A stretch of 64,000 nt of DNA from Selaginella moellendorffii (Eukaryota > Plantae > Lycopodiophyta). The stretch lies in contig NW_003314263.1 of assembly GCF_000143415.4 (NCBI RefSeq), forward strand, positions 3,792,451 to 3,856,450, given 5' to 3'. Made by a program: the position numbers and the translations under genes. Under the pieces are notes generated by a model that did no database searches, was not told the origin of the DNA, and saw only the letters and a program-made list of their open reading frames with translations. This document shows positions 37,402-48,094 of the stretch, one piece after another (position 1 is the stretch's first letter; each line of letters opens with the position of its first letter).

Positions 37402-39819
37402 ATGCTGTCCAGGACTTCGCTGGATCCTAAAGTTCTCACAGGCGATACGAGAACTTATGGTACTACCGGCAACGCTCATCAGCTCGAGAGAAGCGCTTGC
37501 CTCGCGGCGCTAAAGTCGTGCTCCAGAGCTAGAGACGTCGAAAGTGGCCGGCAAATCCACGCGAACGCGAGAGAAAGTGGTGTGGATTCGGACTCTCACG
37601 TAGCTAGTAGCTTGGTGGCGATGTACATGAAGTGTGGGAGCGTGGTGGAAGCACAGCAGGCCTTCGATAGGATTCCTCGCCCCGACGCAGTGTGCTGGAA
37701 CGCTTTGATCTCGGGCTATGCGGAAAATGGCGAGGCCGAGGTGGCCTTGCAGCTCTTTCGATCGATGCAACAGTGCTGCGGAGCAAGCCCTCGAACTTTT
37801 GCCGCTGCGCTCGCTGCGTGCTCCACTCTCGCAGCTGCCGAAGAAGGCCGGAAAGTTGATGGGAGGATGGTGAAAGTTTTTTCGCTGCAACGAGGCATGG
37901 GAGTTCATCGTCAAGCCGAGGCTGGGATGGGAATAGATGCTATCCATCGCAACGTCTACGTGGGGAATGCTCTCATCGACATGTACGTGAAGTGCCGGAG
38001 CATGGTGCGTGCTCAAGAGGTTTTCGACAGGATGAAGACTCGGGATGTGGTCTCGTGGAACGTATTGATGCTCGGCTACGCACAGGGTGGTGAGAACGAG
38101 GAGCTAGCTCTCGAGATGTTTACGAAGATGGTGTCGTCCCGAGGCTGTCAGCTCGATAGCTGGAGTGTTGTTGCTGCTCTCAAGGCCTGTAGCAATCTCG
38201 CAGCCAAGGAAGAAGCTCGGAATCCACAGGAGAAGCTCAGGTTTCTAGTCACGGGTGTGGCGATCCACGGCACAGCCGAGAGACTGGGATGTGACTCAAA
38301 CATATTCGTGGCCAACGCTCTTCTCAACATGTACGCAAACTGTGCAAGCATGGTGGATGCGAGGAGAGTTTTCGATAAGATGCAGCGCCGGGATGTGGTT
38401 TCCTGGAACACGATCATCCTGGGCTATGCTGAGAACGATGAGGGAAAGATGGCCCTTCAACTCTTTGGAGATTTGCTACACTCTCGGTGCTGTGTACAGG
38501 ACAGGCTGACTTTGGTGGCTGCGCTTAAGGCTAGTTGTACCCTCTCGACTCAAGAACAGGGAAGGCAAGTCGATGGGACGATCGTGAAGCTGAGTTCGCT
38601 GGAAGCAGGAATGGCGGTACACTCGCTGGTATCAGAGCGAGGCTTTGATCTGGAAGACTTGTACGTGGCAAACTGCTTGGTCGACATGTATGGGAAGTGT
38701 GGGAGCATGGCCGATTCTCGCAGAGTTTTCGACCGTGTGAAGCATCGCGACGTTGTTATCTGGAACGCAGTGATCTCGGGATACGCACAGAACGACGAAA
38801 GTGAGGCTGCTCTAGAGCTGTTTGAGGCTCTCTTGTGCGAAGGTGTTTCTCCAACCAGCTTGACAGTCGTTGCGGCTTTCAAGGCTTGCGGCAGTCTCGC
38901 AGCTCAGAACAAGGAAAGCGATCGAATGAGAGCATTGGAAATCACCATGGCTGTTCATCGTGAAGCTGTGACGAAGCTGGAAGCCTCCGAGTGGGACGCT
39001 TACATGACGAGCAGCTTGATCGATGCGTACGCCAAGTGTGGGAGTCTGGCGGATTCCAGCAAAGTTTTCTCGAGCAATACCGGCCAGCTTCGCAACGTGG
39101 TCTCGTGGAACGTCTTGATCCTGGGCTTCGCGGAGAACGGCGATGCTAGACGAGCTTTGAGGCTGTTCCACAGGATGAGACGCGAAGGCTGCCGACCAAA
39201 CGCATCAACGTACGTCGCGGTACTAAAAGCTTGCAGCAACAGTATTCCTTCGAGTCTAGACCTTGGGAGCGAAGTCAAGGCTCTGATCTACCGTGGAGGC
39301 TTTGAGAACGATGGAGTTTTGGCTGGATCCCTGGTTGACTTTCACGGCAAAGCGGGAGACATGGTTTCCGCTCGCCAGGTATTTGACTCGCTAGCGGGAG
39401 ATGGTGACGAGGCCTGGAGTGCGTTGATCGCCGGATACAGCAGGCAAGGGGACGCAAGCCAAGCGCTGACGCTGTTTCACGAGATGGTAAACGCTGGCAT
39501 CAAACCGAATGGTATCACAGCTCTCGCAGTTCTAACCAGCTGCAGCCATGCTGGTTTCGTCGAGGCAGGGAAGAAGTTCTTCCACGAAATGCCATCCAGA
39601 TATGGCATCGTCCCCGAAGTGGAACACTTCCACTGCGTTGTCGATCTTCTCAGCAGAGCAAACCAGCGGGAAGAAACTCTCGCGCTGGTTCAAGGTATGA
39701 CGAAGCGCTGGAACTTTGAAGCTAACGAAGTAACTTGGACTACCATTACAGAAACTCGCGGAGTGGAATCCAGGAGTGGAGACGCTATGCTTGTCGCGAA
39801 GCAAGAATGGCCGTTGTGA
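37402..39819 (+). CDS. PLS-class PPR protein, intronless, with atypical/truncated E domain
   Basis: ORF 37384-39819 with first ATG at 37402. P-L-S triplets (ALIDMYVKC..VFDRM..DVVSWN) and EHFHCVVDLLSRA motif. Confidence 0.85.
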   Translation: MLSRTSLDPKVLTGDTRTYGTTGNAHQLERSACLAALKSCSRARDVESGRQIHANARESGVDSDSHVASSLVAMYMKCGSVVEAQQAFDRIPRPDAVCWNALISGYAENGEAEVALQLFRSMQQCCGASPRTFAAALAACSTLAAAEEGRKVDGRMVKVFSLQRGMGVHRQAEAGMGIDAIHRNVYVGNALIDMYVKCRSMVRAQEVFDRMKTRDVVSWNVLMLGYAQGGENEELALEMFTKMVSSRGCQLDSWSVVAALKACSNLAAKEEARNPQEKLRFLVTGVAIHGTAERLGCDSNIFVANALLNMYANCASMVDARRVFDKMQRRDVVSWNTIILGYAENDEGKMALQLFGDLLHSRCCVQDRLTLVAALKASCTLSTQEQGRQVDGTIVKLSSLEAGMAVHSLVSERGFDLEDLYVANCLVDMYGKCGSMADSRRVFDRVKHRDVVIWNAVISGYAQNDESEAALELFEALLCEGVSPTSLTVVAAFKACGSLAAQNKESDRMRALEITMAVHREAVTKLEASEWDAYMTSSLIDAYAKCGSLADSSKVFSSNTGQLRNVVSWNVLILGFAENGDARRALRLFHRMRREGCRPNASTYVAVLKACSNSIPSSLDLGSEVKALIYRGGFENDGVLAGSLVDFHGKAGDMVSARQVFDSLAGDGDEAWSALIAGYSRQGDASQALTLFHEMVNAGIKPNGITALAVLTSCSHAGFVEAGKKFFHEMPSRYGIVPEVEHFHCVVDLLSRANQREETLALVQGMTKRWNFEANEVTWTTITETRGVESRSGDAMLVAKQEWPL

Positions 39820-40159
39820 TGTGTGAAAGCTCTCCCGTTTCGTTTCATGTCTCCCAGTCTTCACAGTCTTCAAGCATTATGTCGGACAAATTCTGCTGAA
39901 AATGGGATTTTTTTTTTTTTTCAGCATCTTCTAAACAACAAGAAAAACTTGCTAGCATAGCCCAGCATAGAATCAAATATATGTTTAGCTTCTTCTAAAT
40001 ACCCACTCTTGGTATATGTATTAAGCATAGCAGTCTATGTGATAAAGTTTCTTTCTGGGACTTGATGAAACATTTTCTTCATGTAGCATAGAATCTCACT
40101 AAACCGTGTCCGGGATTCGATCAAAGGCAGAATACATTAGTTTACTATTCAATTTATAC

Positions 40160-40328
40160 AATACATTTTTGTGATGAACACGATTTTCTCAAAGTACTAC
40201 ACCGTCCAAGCCTTCAATGAAGAATCCTTCGTGGCTTTGGCCAAATCCAAGTATATGAGCACCTCACATTTGCTTGAGGCAAACCCGTTGCAAAGTTTAT
40301 ATTTTTCCTCTTCATTAGCTTGAGACCT
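40160..40328 (-). pseudogene. TPT1: tRNA 2'-phosphotransferase (Tpt1/KptA) 3' remnant
   Basis: Deleted copy of 45560-45790 (CEVLIYLDLAKA.KD..EGLDG..YFEKIV), with shared downstream flank. Confidence 0.75.
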
Positions 40329-42319
40329 GAAAAGGTGAAGTTTAAATCTGCAGAGTTCCAGCTTCTCTTTTGTTTTTTTTAATGTTACAGCTTGATGCCT
40401 TAAATAACCATTTGGGTTTGCAAATGCAAAGTTAAAAAATTTAACACAATAGCGTGACATGTCAATAACACAACAACACAAGTCATTCTTCTTTTCATTT
40501 GCCCAAAGTGTGTATACTTTTATGATAAAAAAATTAAAGAATATATGGCAGCAAATTTAACAAACGAGTGGCAGTGGATTTGAAGTCTTGAGATTGTCCT
40601 TGTTATATTAAACATTTAAATCCTTATTAATCAGTCTATTGCTGCAGCTATTGAAAAGAGAGCTAAAAGAGGACAAATGATTTTTCATCTAAAATTTATT
40701 ATGGAGGGAGGTACTCTTTAATACACTAAAAAGGTCAGTATGATAAATTGTCTATTAGACAAGAAATTTAGTCAATATTATTCTGTTTAGCTCTTAAAAA
40801 AACTTATTTACTAATAAGTTGGTAGCTGTCAAGAGAGTAAACTTAAAACAAAAAAAAATTAATCTGCACATGTGTAAATATACAGTGCATGCATATTCAT
40901 TGCCATAGAATCAAGGCCAAATCAAGGAAAAGTTGCAAAAGTATTATGCACACAATCACTTTTAAATTCTTATATAAATGATCAAAATGTAATTATTATG
41001 GAATATGCCATGTATGCATGGGTATGACACCTTAGATTGCCATGTTATCTCATACAACATAACATCATTATAAATTTAATGAGGTTTTATTTTTTTTATT
41101 CTTGTTTCATTAAATACAAATTTATAATCTCCTCATTATGACCATCTCTCTCCTCCTTTGTGAGCTCATTATTTACCTCTCATTTTGTGCAACTATACTT
41201 TATCTTTTGCCACTTGGAGGCTTATTTCAATTTTAGTGTGCTCTAATATAAACATTGTGTTTTGATTGCTATTACAAATGCCTCTTATTTCTTGCAACTT
41301 GTTTGCAGCATGATGCATTAATCTAAGTAGTGATTGATTGACACAGTAAGGACAATTAATTGGAGTGGAAAGGCAAGCATAAAAATTTTCTTTGGGTGCT
41401 TAGAGTGTTAAGTATGATAGCTTTTTAATAAGTAAGTGAATCATGTTGTAGTAATTTAGTTTTGTTTTAATTTTTGGTGTTCTTAATCATGTGTGTAGGT
41501 TTTTAGCATTATAATGGTTTGTTATGGTTATGTGTGTTTTTTTCTTAGATTTATAAATTTTTGTTTCAACTTTATGGTTTTTACAGTGATTGTGTTTAGG
41601 AGTGAGGAGTATTGCAACATAACATTTGCATGTAAGTAAATAAATAATTTATATCCATTTTTTTTTCAATATACACACTAATATGTATGTTTTCCATTCT
41701 AAATTTTTTACATGGACAATGAGTCAAGAGTTTTGCATTAGTAGGAATAATGCACATCTAAAATATAACTATAATGTTGCAATTTACTAATTTGTTGGGC
41801 TCAAAAGCTCATATCATCTTGTTGACATAGTCACAAGAGTGCCTCAACCACATAGCAATGGTAGCCTCAACCTACAACATCCAAAACAAGTTTAAAATTC
41901 AACTTATGCAGTCACACTTGCAAATTCTAACCCAAAGTTTAATATGTCATAAATCTAATGTGAGTCAAAATTTATGCAACAGAAAAATTGCATGATCTTG
42001 CTATACATATGTGGCAACACTAATGCATACCCATATGTTAAAAAACAAAAGTTATGTTTAAAATATTATTTTGTGAGTCACATATGTATATTACAACAAT
42101 TCAAACACACAGGCATTTTTATTTTATATATTTTGCAATTTTGTACAATTTTTTGCCACACTACCCACCTTAGGTAAACCTCCTTAAAAAAATTGCCATT
42201 AAAATTTCTTTTTATATTGATCTGCAAATAAAAAATGAAGAAAAACTCTTAAAGGAGTAATTATTATTAATAATATTTAATAATTAAAATATAAAATAAT
42301 ATTAGTTGTATATTTATTA

Positions 42320-43195
42320 TTATAAAGAACATAAAACATGATTTGAAGTTTCTGATGCCCATAAAATTTTGTTTGGATATTTAGTTTCATAGAGAACCAT
42401 ATTGCAATTATTTTGGATAGAAAATATGGTTGATAGCAAACAAAATGGTTGTTTTAAGCAATATGTGTTAGTAGCCCATAAAACACTTTTACCATGATAT
42501 AAAACTAGATTACCATCATGTTGTAAAACTAAAATGCAATTATATAAGTTATATTTAGATATATTTATCTCCCAAATCACATAAATTTTTGAATAAAACT
42601 TAAGATTACAATTTGATTCTAAAATTAAGACATTTTTAGTATTTGAAGAAACTAAGAAATTACTAGTATAAAGTACTGATTTGGTAGAATAAAGACTACT
42701 TATATCAAAATAACAAAAAGAATATAATGTACTATAAGGAAATTGAAATTTTGGATAATAATTTTGTAAATAAAGTTCTGTATCCTTAATTAAACTATAT
42801 TGTATCATAAAATTTATAGTCTCACTTTTAAAAAAATTTGAAAGATTTATATGTATATCATTGAAGCTATTATGTAAAATATTTTCAAAACCTTTTATTA
42901 TACTTTCACCATAAAAGGTTGTTTTAGCAGAACAATCTTTTTTAGCTTTAATAATTAAATTAACAATTCCTTTTGATGTGGATATTTCTGTACTATCACT
43001 ATAACTTGCTGGATATGTATATACAATTTCTAATTTATTTATTAATTTATAACAAGTTGCAATTATTTGTGCAATATCATGTGAATTTAAAACTCTAAGG
43101 TTTCCAAATGATGTATGATATTGTGCTGCATATATAAAATAAAATTTTAAAAATATCAAAAATATTAAAATTAAAATCTTAATTTTGAAAAACAT
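42320..43195 (-). CDS. Secreted protein with unknown N-terminal domain + bulb-type (GNA-like) mannose-binding lectin domain, intronless, extremely AT-rich, 291 aa
   Basis: Hydrophobic signal peptide; three B-lectin subdomains LILESNCNLKFY, LVLQHDGNLVLY..VLWATNT and IQNNCNMVLY..ILWASET. Confidence 0.7.
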   Translation of the reverse strand: MFFKIKILILIFLIFLKFYFIYAAQYHTSFGNLRVLNSHDIAQIIATCYKLINKLEIVYTYPASYSDSTEISTSKGIVNLIIKAKKDCSAKTTFYGESIIKGFENILHNSFNDIHINLSNFFKSETINFMIQYSLIKDTELYLQNYYPKFQFPYSTLYSFCYFDISSLYSTKSVLYTSNFLVSSNTKNVLILESNCNLKFYSKIYVIWEINISKYNLYNCILVLQHDGNLVLYHGKSVLWATNTYCLKQPFCLLSTIFSIQNNCNMVLYETKYPNKILWASETSNHVLCSL

Positions 43196-43667
43196 TATGT
43201 TAACAAAAGTTATATTATTAATCTTTAAAATTGATAAGATTTTTATATTAAAGTTCTAGAACAGAACTATACTTTTACTTTAACTTTTACTTTAATATTT
43301 TATACTATGAATACTTTAATATATTTACTTTATTTTTATTGCTATATATTTTTTATTTTGCTATTCCTAAAATATTTAAGTACTTTGATCCAAATCACAC
43401 TCAGATAGACACTTTGGTATTGCTCCAAATCAATTTCAGTGCAAAATACTTAAGTACTAAAGATTGTGCTCATTGTTAATATATGTCAAATTTGAAATTT
43501 AGTTTTTAAATTCCTCAATCAATCTTCATTTATAGTATATATACCATATGTGAATACAAACAAGATTACACAAATCAGTTGCATAAAGTTAATTCAATCT
43601 AATATTTGTACTTGAGTTTCTATTTTGAAATACAAATGCTTTTTGATTATCTTACGTCTCATCCTGT

Positions 43668-44263
43668 TGAGACGCGGAGGCTGCCGACCAAATGCATCAA
43701 CGTACGTCACGGTGCAGAAAGCTTGCAGCAGCAGTATTCCTTCGAGTCTAGACCTTGGGAGCGAAGTCAAGGCTCTGATCTACCGTGGACCCACCCTGGT
43801 TGACTTTCACGGCAACGCTGGAGACATGGTTTCCGCTCGCCAGGTATTTGACTCGCTACCGGGAGATGGTGACGAGGCCTGGAGTGCGCTGATCGCCGGA
43901 TACAGCAGGCAAGGGGACGCAAGCCAAGTGCTGACGCCGTTTCACGAGATGGTAAACTCTGGCATCAAACCGAATGGTATCACAGCTCTCCATGCTGGTT
44001 TCGTCGAGGCAGGGAAGAAGTTCTTCCACGAAATGCCATCCAGATACGGCCTCATCCCCGAAGAGGAACACTTCCACTGCGTTGTCGATCTTCTCAGCAG
44101 AGCAAACCAGCGGGAAGAAACTCTCGCGCTGGGTCAAGGTATGACGAAGCGCTCGAACTTTGAAGCAAACGAAGTAACTTGGACTACCATTACAGAAACT
44201 CGCGGAGTGGAATCCAGGAGTGGAGACGCTACGCTTGTCGCAAACCAAGAATGGCCGTCGTGA
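43668..44263 (+). pseudogene. 3' fragment duplicate of the 37402-39819 PPR
   Basis: Near-identical to 39177-39819 with short deletions (GFENDGVLAG and AVLTSCS lost). No 5' part. Confidence 0.88.
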
Positions 44264-44339
44264 TGCGTGAACAGTTTGTATATAGAGCTCTCCCATTTCG
44301 TAAACTTTACTACGCGCTGAGCGAGAGCGAGCGCTAGAG

Positions 44340-44782
44340 ATGGGAGCAGCAGCCGCAAAACTTACTGCTCTAGCTGCTCTACTATCGCTCTTCTTCTCAG
44401 GTACTTCCATCTTACGTTCTCTTTAGTTGTTTTACCAGAGATGGCTTTCGTCCAGACATGGTGGAGTAAACGAATGCCAGTTCTCCGCAACGGTGGAATT
44501 CACATGAAAAGAGGGTGTCTTCCTCGAGCCGTCCAAGTAGCGGTCCAGCTATGAGGAAGAATTCTACTCAATCCTTCTGGTCCATTGAGCTTGGCCGAGT
44601 TTACAGTGGCCAAGACACAATGGATATAAGCTTGGTGGATGGTTTCGACGTTGGAGTGGCGGTGAATCTCAGCGGAGGAGGATGCATTCGAAATGGAAGC
44701 CCGGAGCAGTGAGATTAGTGAAGGATGATCCCCAGTTGCAATCCCGGGGGAGACTACACGTGGTGTTAGTGCCCTTGGTTTC
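44340..44782 (+). pseudogene. Thaumatin-like (PR-5) remnant, adjoining the TRIM insertion
   Basis: Signal peptide MGAAAAKLTALAALLSLFFS followed by broken frames containing GQDTMDISLVDGFDVGVAVNLSGGGC (thaumatin DISLVDGF motif). Confidence 0.6.
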
Positions 44783-45093
44783 TGTTGGAAAATGGATCTG
44801 GACAGGCCAGGGATTGAACCCAAGACCTCCTACACCGGTGCCAGGTGCTCTACCACTGAGCTACCTGCCCTGGTTGTGTGTATGTTCAGCTTAGTTCTAA
44901 CACTCCCCCTAAGCTAAACACGACCTGCCAGTCCATGCCTACCACAGGCCATCCAACTATAGCTCCGATACCATGTTGGAAAATGGATCTAGACAGGCCG
45001 GGGAATGAACCCAGGACCTCCTACACCAGTGCCAGGTGCTCTACCACTGAGCTACCTGCCCTGGTTGTGTGCATGTTCAGCTTAGTTCTAACA
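44783..45093 (-). mobile_element. Complete TRIM (non-autonomous LTR retrotransposon) with tRNA-derived LTRs
   Basis: Two 120-bp direct repeats (44783-44902, 44974-45093) bounded by TGTT...AACA. 5-bp TSD GTTTC at 44778-44782 and 45094-45098. Minus-strand PBS TGGTATCGGAGC (44973-44962) and PPT AGGGGGAG (44910-44903). About 6 mismatches between the LTRs. Confidence 0.93.
44799..44870 (-). ncRNA. tRNA-like 72-nt cloverleaf inside the LTR (second copy 44990-45061), not a canonical tRNA
   Basis: GGGCAGG TA GCTC AGTGGTA GAGC A CCTGG CACCGGT GTAGG AGGTC TTGGG TTCAATC CCTGG CCTGTCC A. Acceptor stem, D arm/A box and T arm/B box are present; the anticodon arm is aberrant. Confidence 0.75.
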
Positions 45094-45545
45094 GTTTCAA
45101 TGATTGGAAGTTTTGAGACCTCTCAAGTAAACTTTCCAGACCCCGATATTTTCGTCTCCATGGCATATTAACACTGCTCTTACATGGAATGCGCTTTCAA
45201 GAACCACAGAGTCTCCAAGCATTATTCTGCTGAAAATGCGTTGTCAGCATCTTCTAAACAACCTAAATGTGAGTAACTTCGGCATAGAGTGATTCGGTAT
45301 ATCATAGCAATCTATGTGATCAAGTTTCTTTCTGGGACTTGATCAAACATTTTCTTCGTGTCTTCTATGGAACCTAGAGATTAAGCATTACATTCCACGA
45401 CACCAAGTTGTATTCTGGCATCTCGCAAAACACAGAGGGCCGAGCTCTCAATTTGCCCGTTTTGGGCATTAGAGTTTCACTAAACCGTGTCCCGGATTTG
45501 ATCAAAAGCACAACAATACATTGATTTACTAATTCGATTTATACA

Positions 45546-46138
45546 CTATTCTTCCTTTGTGACGTACACAATTTTCTCAAAGTACTCACGAGGAACTACA
45601 CCATCGAAGCCTTCAGTGAATACAACCCCGTTTTCGGACATGAAGAACTTCATGCCATCCTTCATGGCTTTGGCCAAATCCAAGTATATGAGCACCTCAC
45701 AGTTGCTCCTCATCCCACTTATCACACCGTCTTGAGGCAAACCCGTCGCAAAGTGTATATGGTTCTTCTTCATTCGCTTGAGACCCGTTTTGCGAATCCC
45801 CCTAAAGTTGTTTCGAAAGGTGCCATGGACGCACACAGGCACTTCGTCGGCTCCCTTAGCAGCTCTGTTGTTTGCACTACATCCATAGTGTTACCTTGGT
45901 TGGCCCGTATGTAGACTTGGCTGTCGTCCTCCACGATAGTTGAGAATCTCTGGTTTGGATCGCAGGTTACCATGTTGATCACGTCGGCTACTGTGAATGA
46001 AGCGAGCGGGATTCCACCGCTGGCTTTCACGTCCAACTCTAGCAAATCATTGATATTGCAATATCCGTCACTGCGAATCGTCAAGTCCATTTTGACAGCA
46101 CCATGCCTCAAAACCCACGCAATAGTCTTACTCAACAT
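45546..46138 (-). pseudogene. TPT1: Intronless tRNA 2'-phosphotransferase (Tpt1/KptA), split by one frameshift near 45845
   Basis: LSKTIAWVLRHGA..DGY..QRF..IRANQG + PVCVHGT..GLKRMKKNHIHFATGLP..VISGMR..SENGVVFTEGFDGVVP. TATATA about 50 bp upstream. Confidence 0.85.
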
Positions 46139-48094
46139 GTCAAGCTATCGCATTAAGGCCGCCCCAGGAATATCCTTAACAAGGTTATATATAAACACTA
46201 GCAGGGATCCCAGCTCCACTGGAAAAAAGTAAAGAATGTTTTCAATATGAAAAAATGCAATCATACATACTTTGGGTTAGAACAACACATTTAAAAAAAA
46301 TAAAATAATAGAACAATGACTTATGATGTTTGTCACTGCACAGAAACTTTGCAGGTGCAAAATGCAGCTTCAGCACTTGCATCCACTCTAGCCATGTCAA
46401 AGAGGGGAAGAAATTATTGGCAAAGATCCTGGGATTATCCTTTTCTAAGTTTGGTAGTTGACAATTTGTCAAAAAAGAATGGGAGAGTCTCTCTTTGCAT
46501 TCTCCCCACCACCAGTAAGTCTTTTAGCAATTCAATGAGCTCTTCATTAGTCTTTGCAACTAAGTTGATTAAGAATACCTTCAAAACCAAGAGAAAGAGT
46601 ATACATCTATAAGTTCAATTACCAGATTCTGGCAACCAGCTCTGGACTCTCAAGAATCTAGAAAAAAAAAAACTTCACGTACTTCTGTTGTCACTACTCC
46701 TGTAAAGGGTCATAGTCTAAACTCCAATCATGAAATTAAGAAGTTCTTTGATGCAACTTGTCTGATCAGAAAACATTAGAAGAGGATTGTTATGGCCCAA
46801 GTGTTGTCGAAGTTGGGTGGCTCAGAAAAGTTGCACAAGTCACTTAGTTCCGGAGGTAGATCCTCTTGTTATATGGCACCACAAACACAATGGTCATCTG
46901 GATGCTTGTCTTACTCTTTGCATTTTTTTTGAACAATGCTTCAAGGTACAACTGGAGAAATTTGCTAGAGATGCTCATCTTCTACATATTATATGTTATG
47001 TAAATCTGTCTATTCTTTAATTCTTTTAAAGGCATCTTGTTCGTTCTCACTCATCACGTACTATTGATGATGGAAGTGAGGCATGGGAGGCCACTATGTG
47101 TAGCTCCAAGACATGTGTCATACTAACCTTCCCTAAGTTGCATGAGTAGTTGATGTTTCACATATATCTTAGTATTATCTGGCGCACTGAAAAAAAGTGG
47201 CATTGACAATGAGGTAGCCAATGAACTTACATGTGACTTAAGTTGTGTAGACCGGGAAAAAATGGTGAAAGAAATCTATCCAAGAGCTTTTAACTCACGA
47301 TCCAATCTTAACAGCAATCCAGGTGGCTTGAAGTACTTGTTTGTTGTGATCACAACTTTCTCAAGCAGAGAATTTGAATTATCTGAGAAGAATCTGAGTA
47401 GTCATCTGGCTTGATGGGACAACACATTTGCAGTTGAAAATAACAGGAACAAATGTGATGAATTTAACTATGTTCTATGCCTCGTAGATCTTATTAGTGA
47501 AGCCCTCTAAAGCAAGGCCAAGGCCTATTCTCTGTGTTGTATTTATCCTGAAATCCTGACATAAGAACAAAGTCAAATTCCAAAAACTTTTACTGAGTTT
47601 GACACGGCAGCATTGTTTTCTACACGCCTGGGAGTGACCCTCTCCTTCTCTAAGCCACACATCCACCAGGCTCCCACACAACTTAAGCACCGTGGAGAGG
47701 CTTATGGCAAAACCATCACAAACAAACAACTCCAGAACCACCTCCTTGCCAATCCCAGCATCAGTGACATCTATGACACAGCACTGTGGCAAGCCATCTT
47801 GTCAAAGCTGGCTGAGAATCCACCAAGTTTCCACATTTCATGTACATGCCCTGTTTATCAATTTTTCTTATACTATATACCATTGGATGCATTAGAATCA
47901 ATTTTGGCTTGTTGGAAATTGTCTTTACGAATGTTAACAGTTAGAATGAACACTACATTACTGAAATCAATGCCATGAACCACTAAAATAGTGACTCGTC
48001 TTTTAAATCTACTATGTAAACCTGTGAAAAAAAAACTAAAGAAACTACCTGATGCAAACACAGAGTGCAGCTTGTTTTGTATCAGCTTAAGTTC

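Noticed and set aside
44799-45061. Two tandem tRNA genes
   Set aside because: The anticodon arm is mispaired with no U33, and both lie inside LTRs of a TSD-flanked element. Treated as tRNA-derived.
47590-47830. Fragment SDIYDTALWQAIL resembling a DNA-transposon transposase segment
   Set aside because: Too short, no catalytic motifs or termini found.
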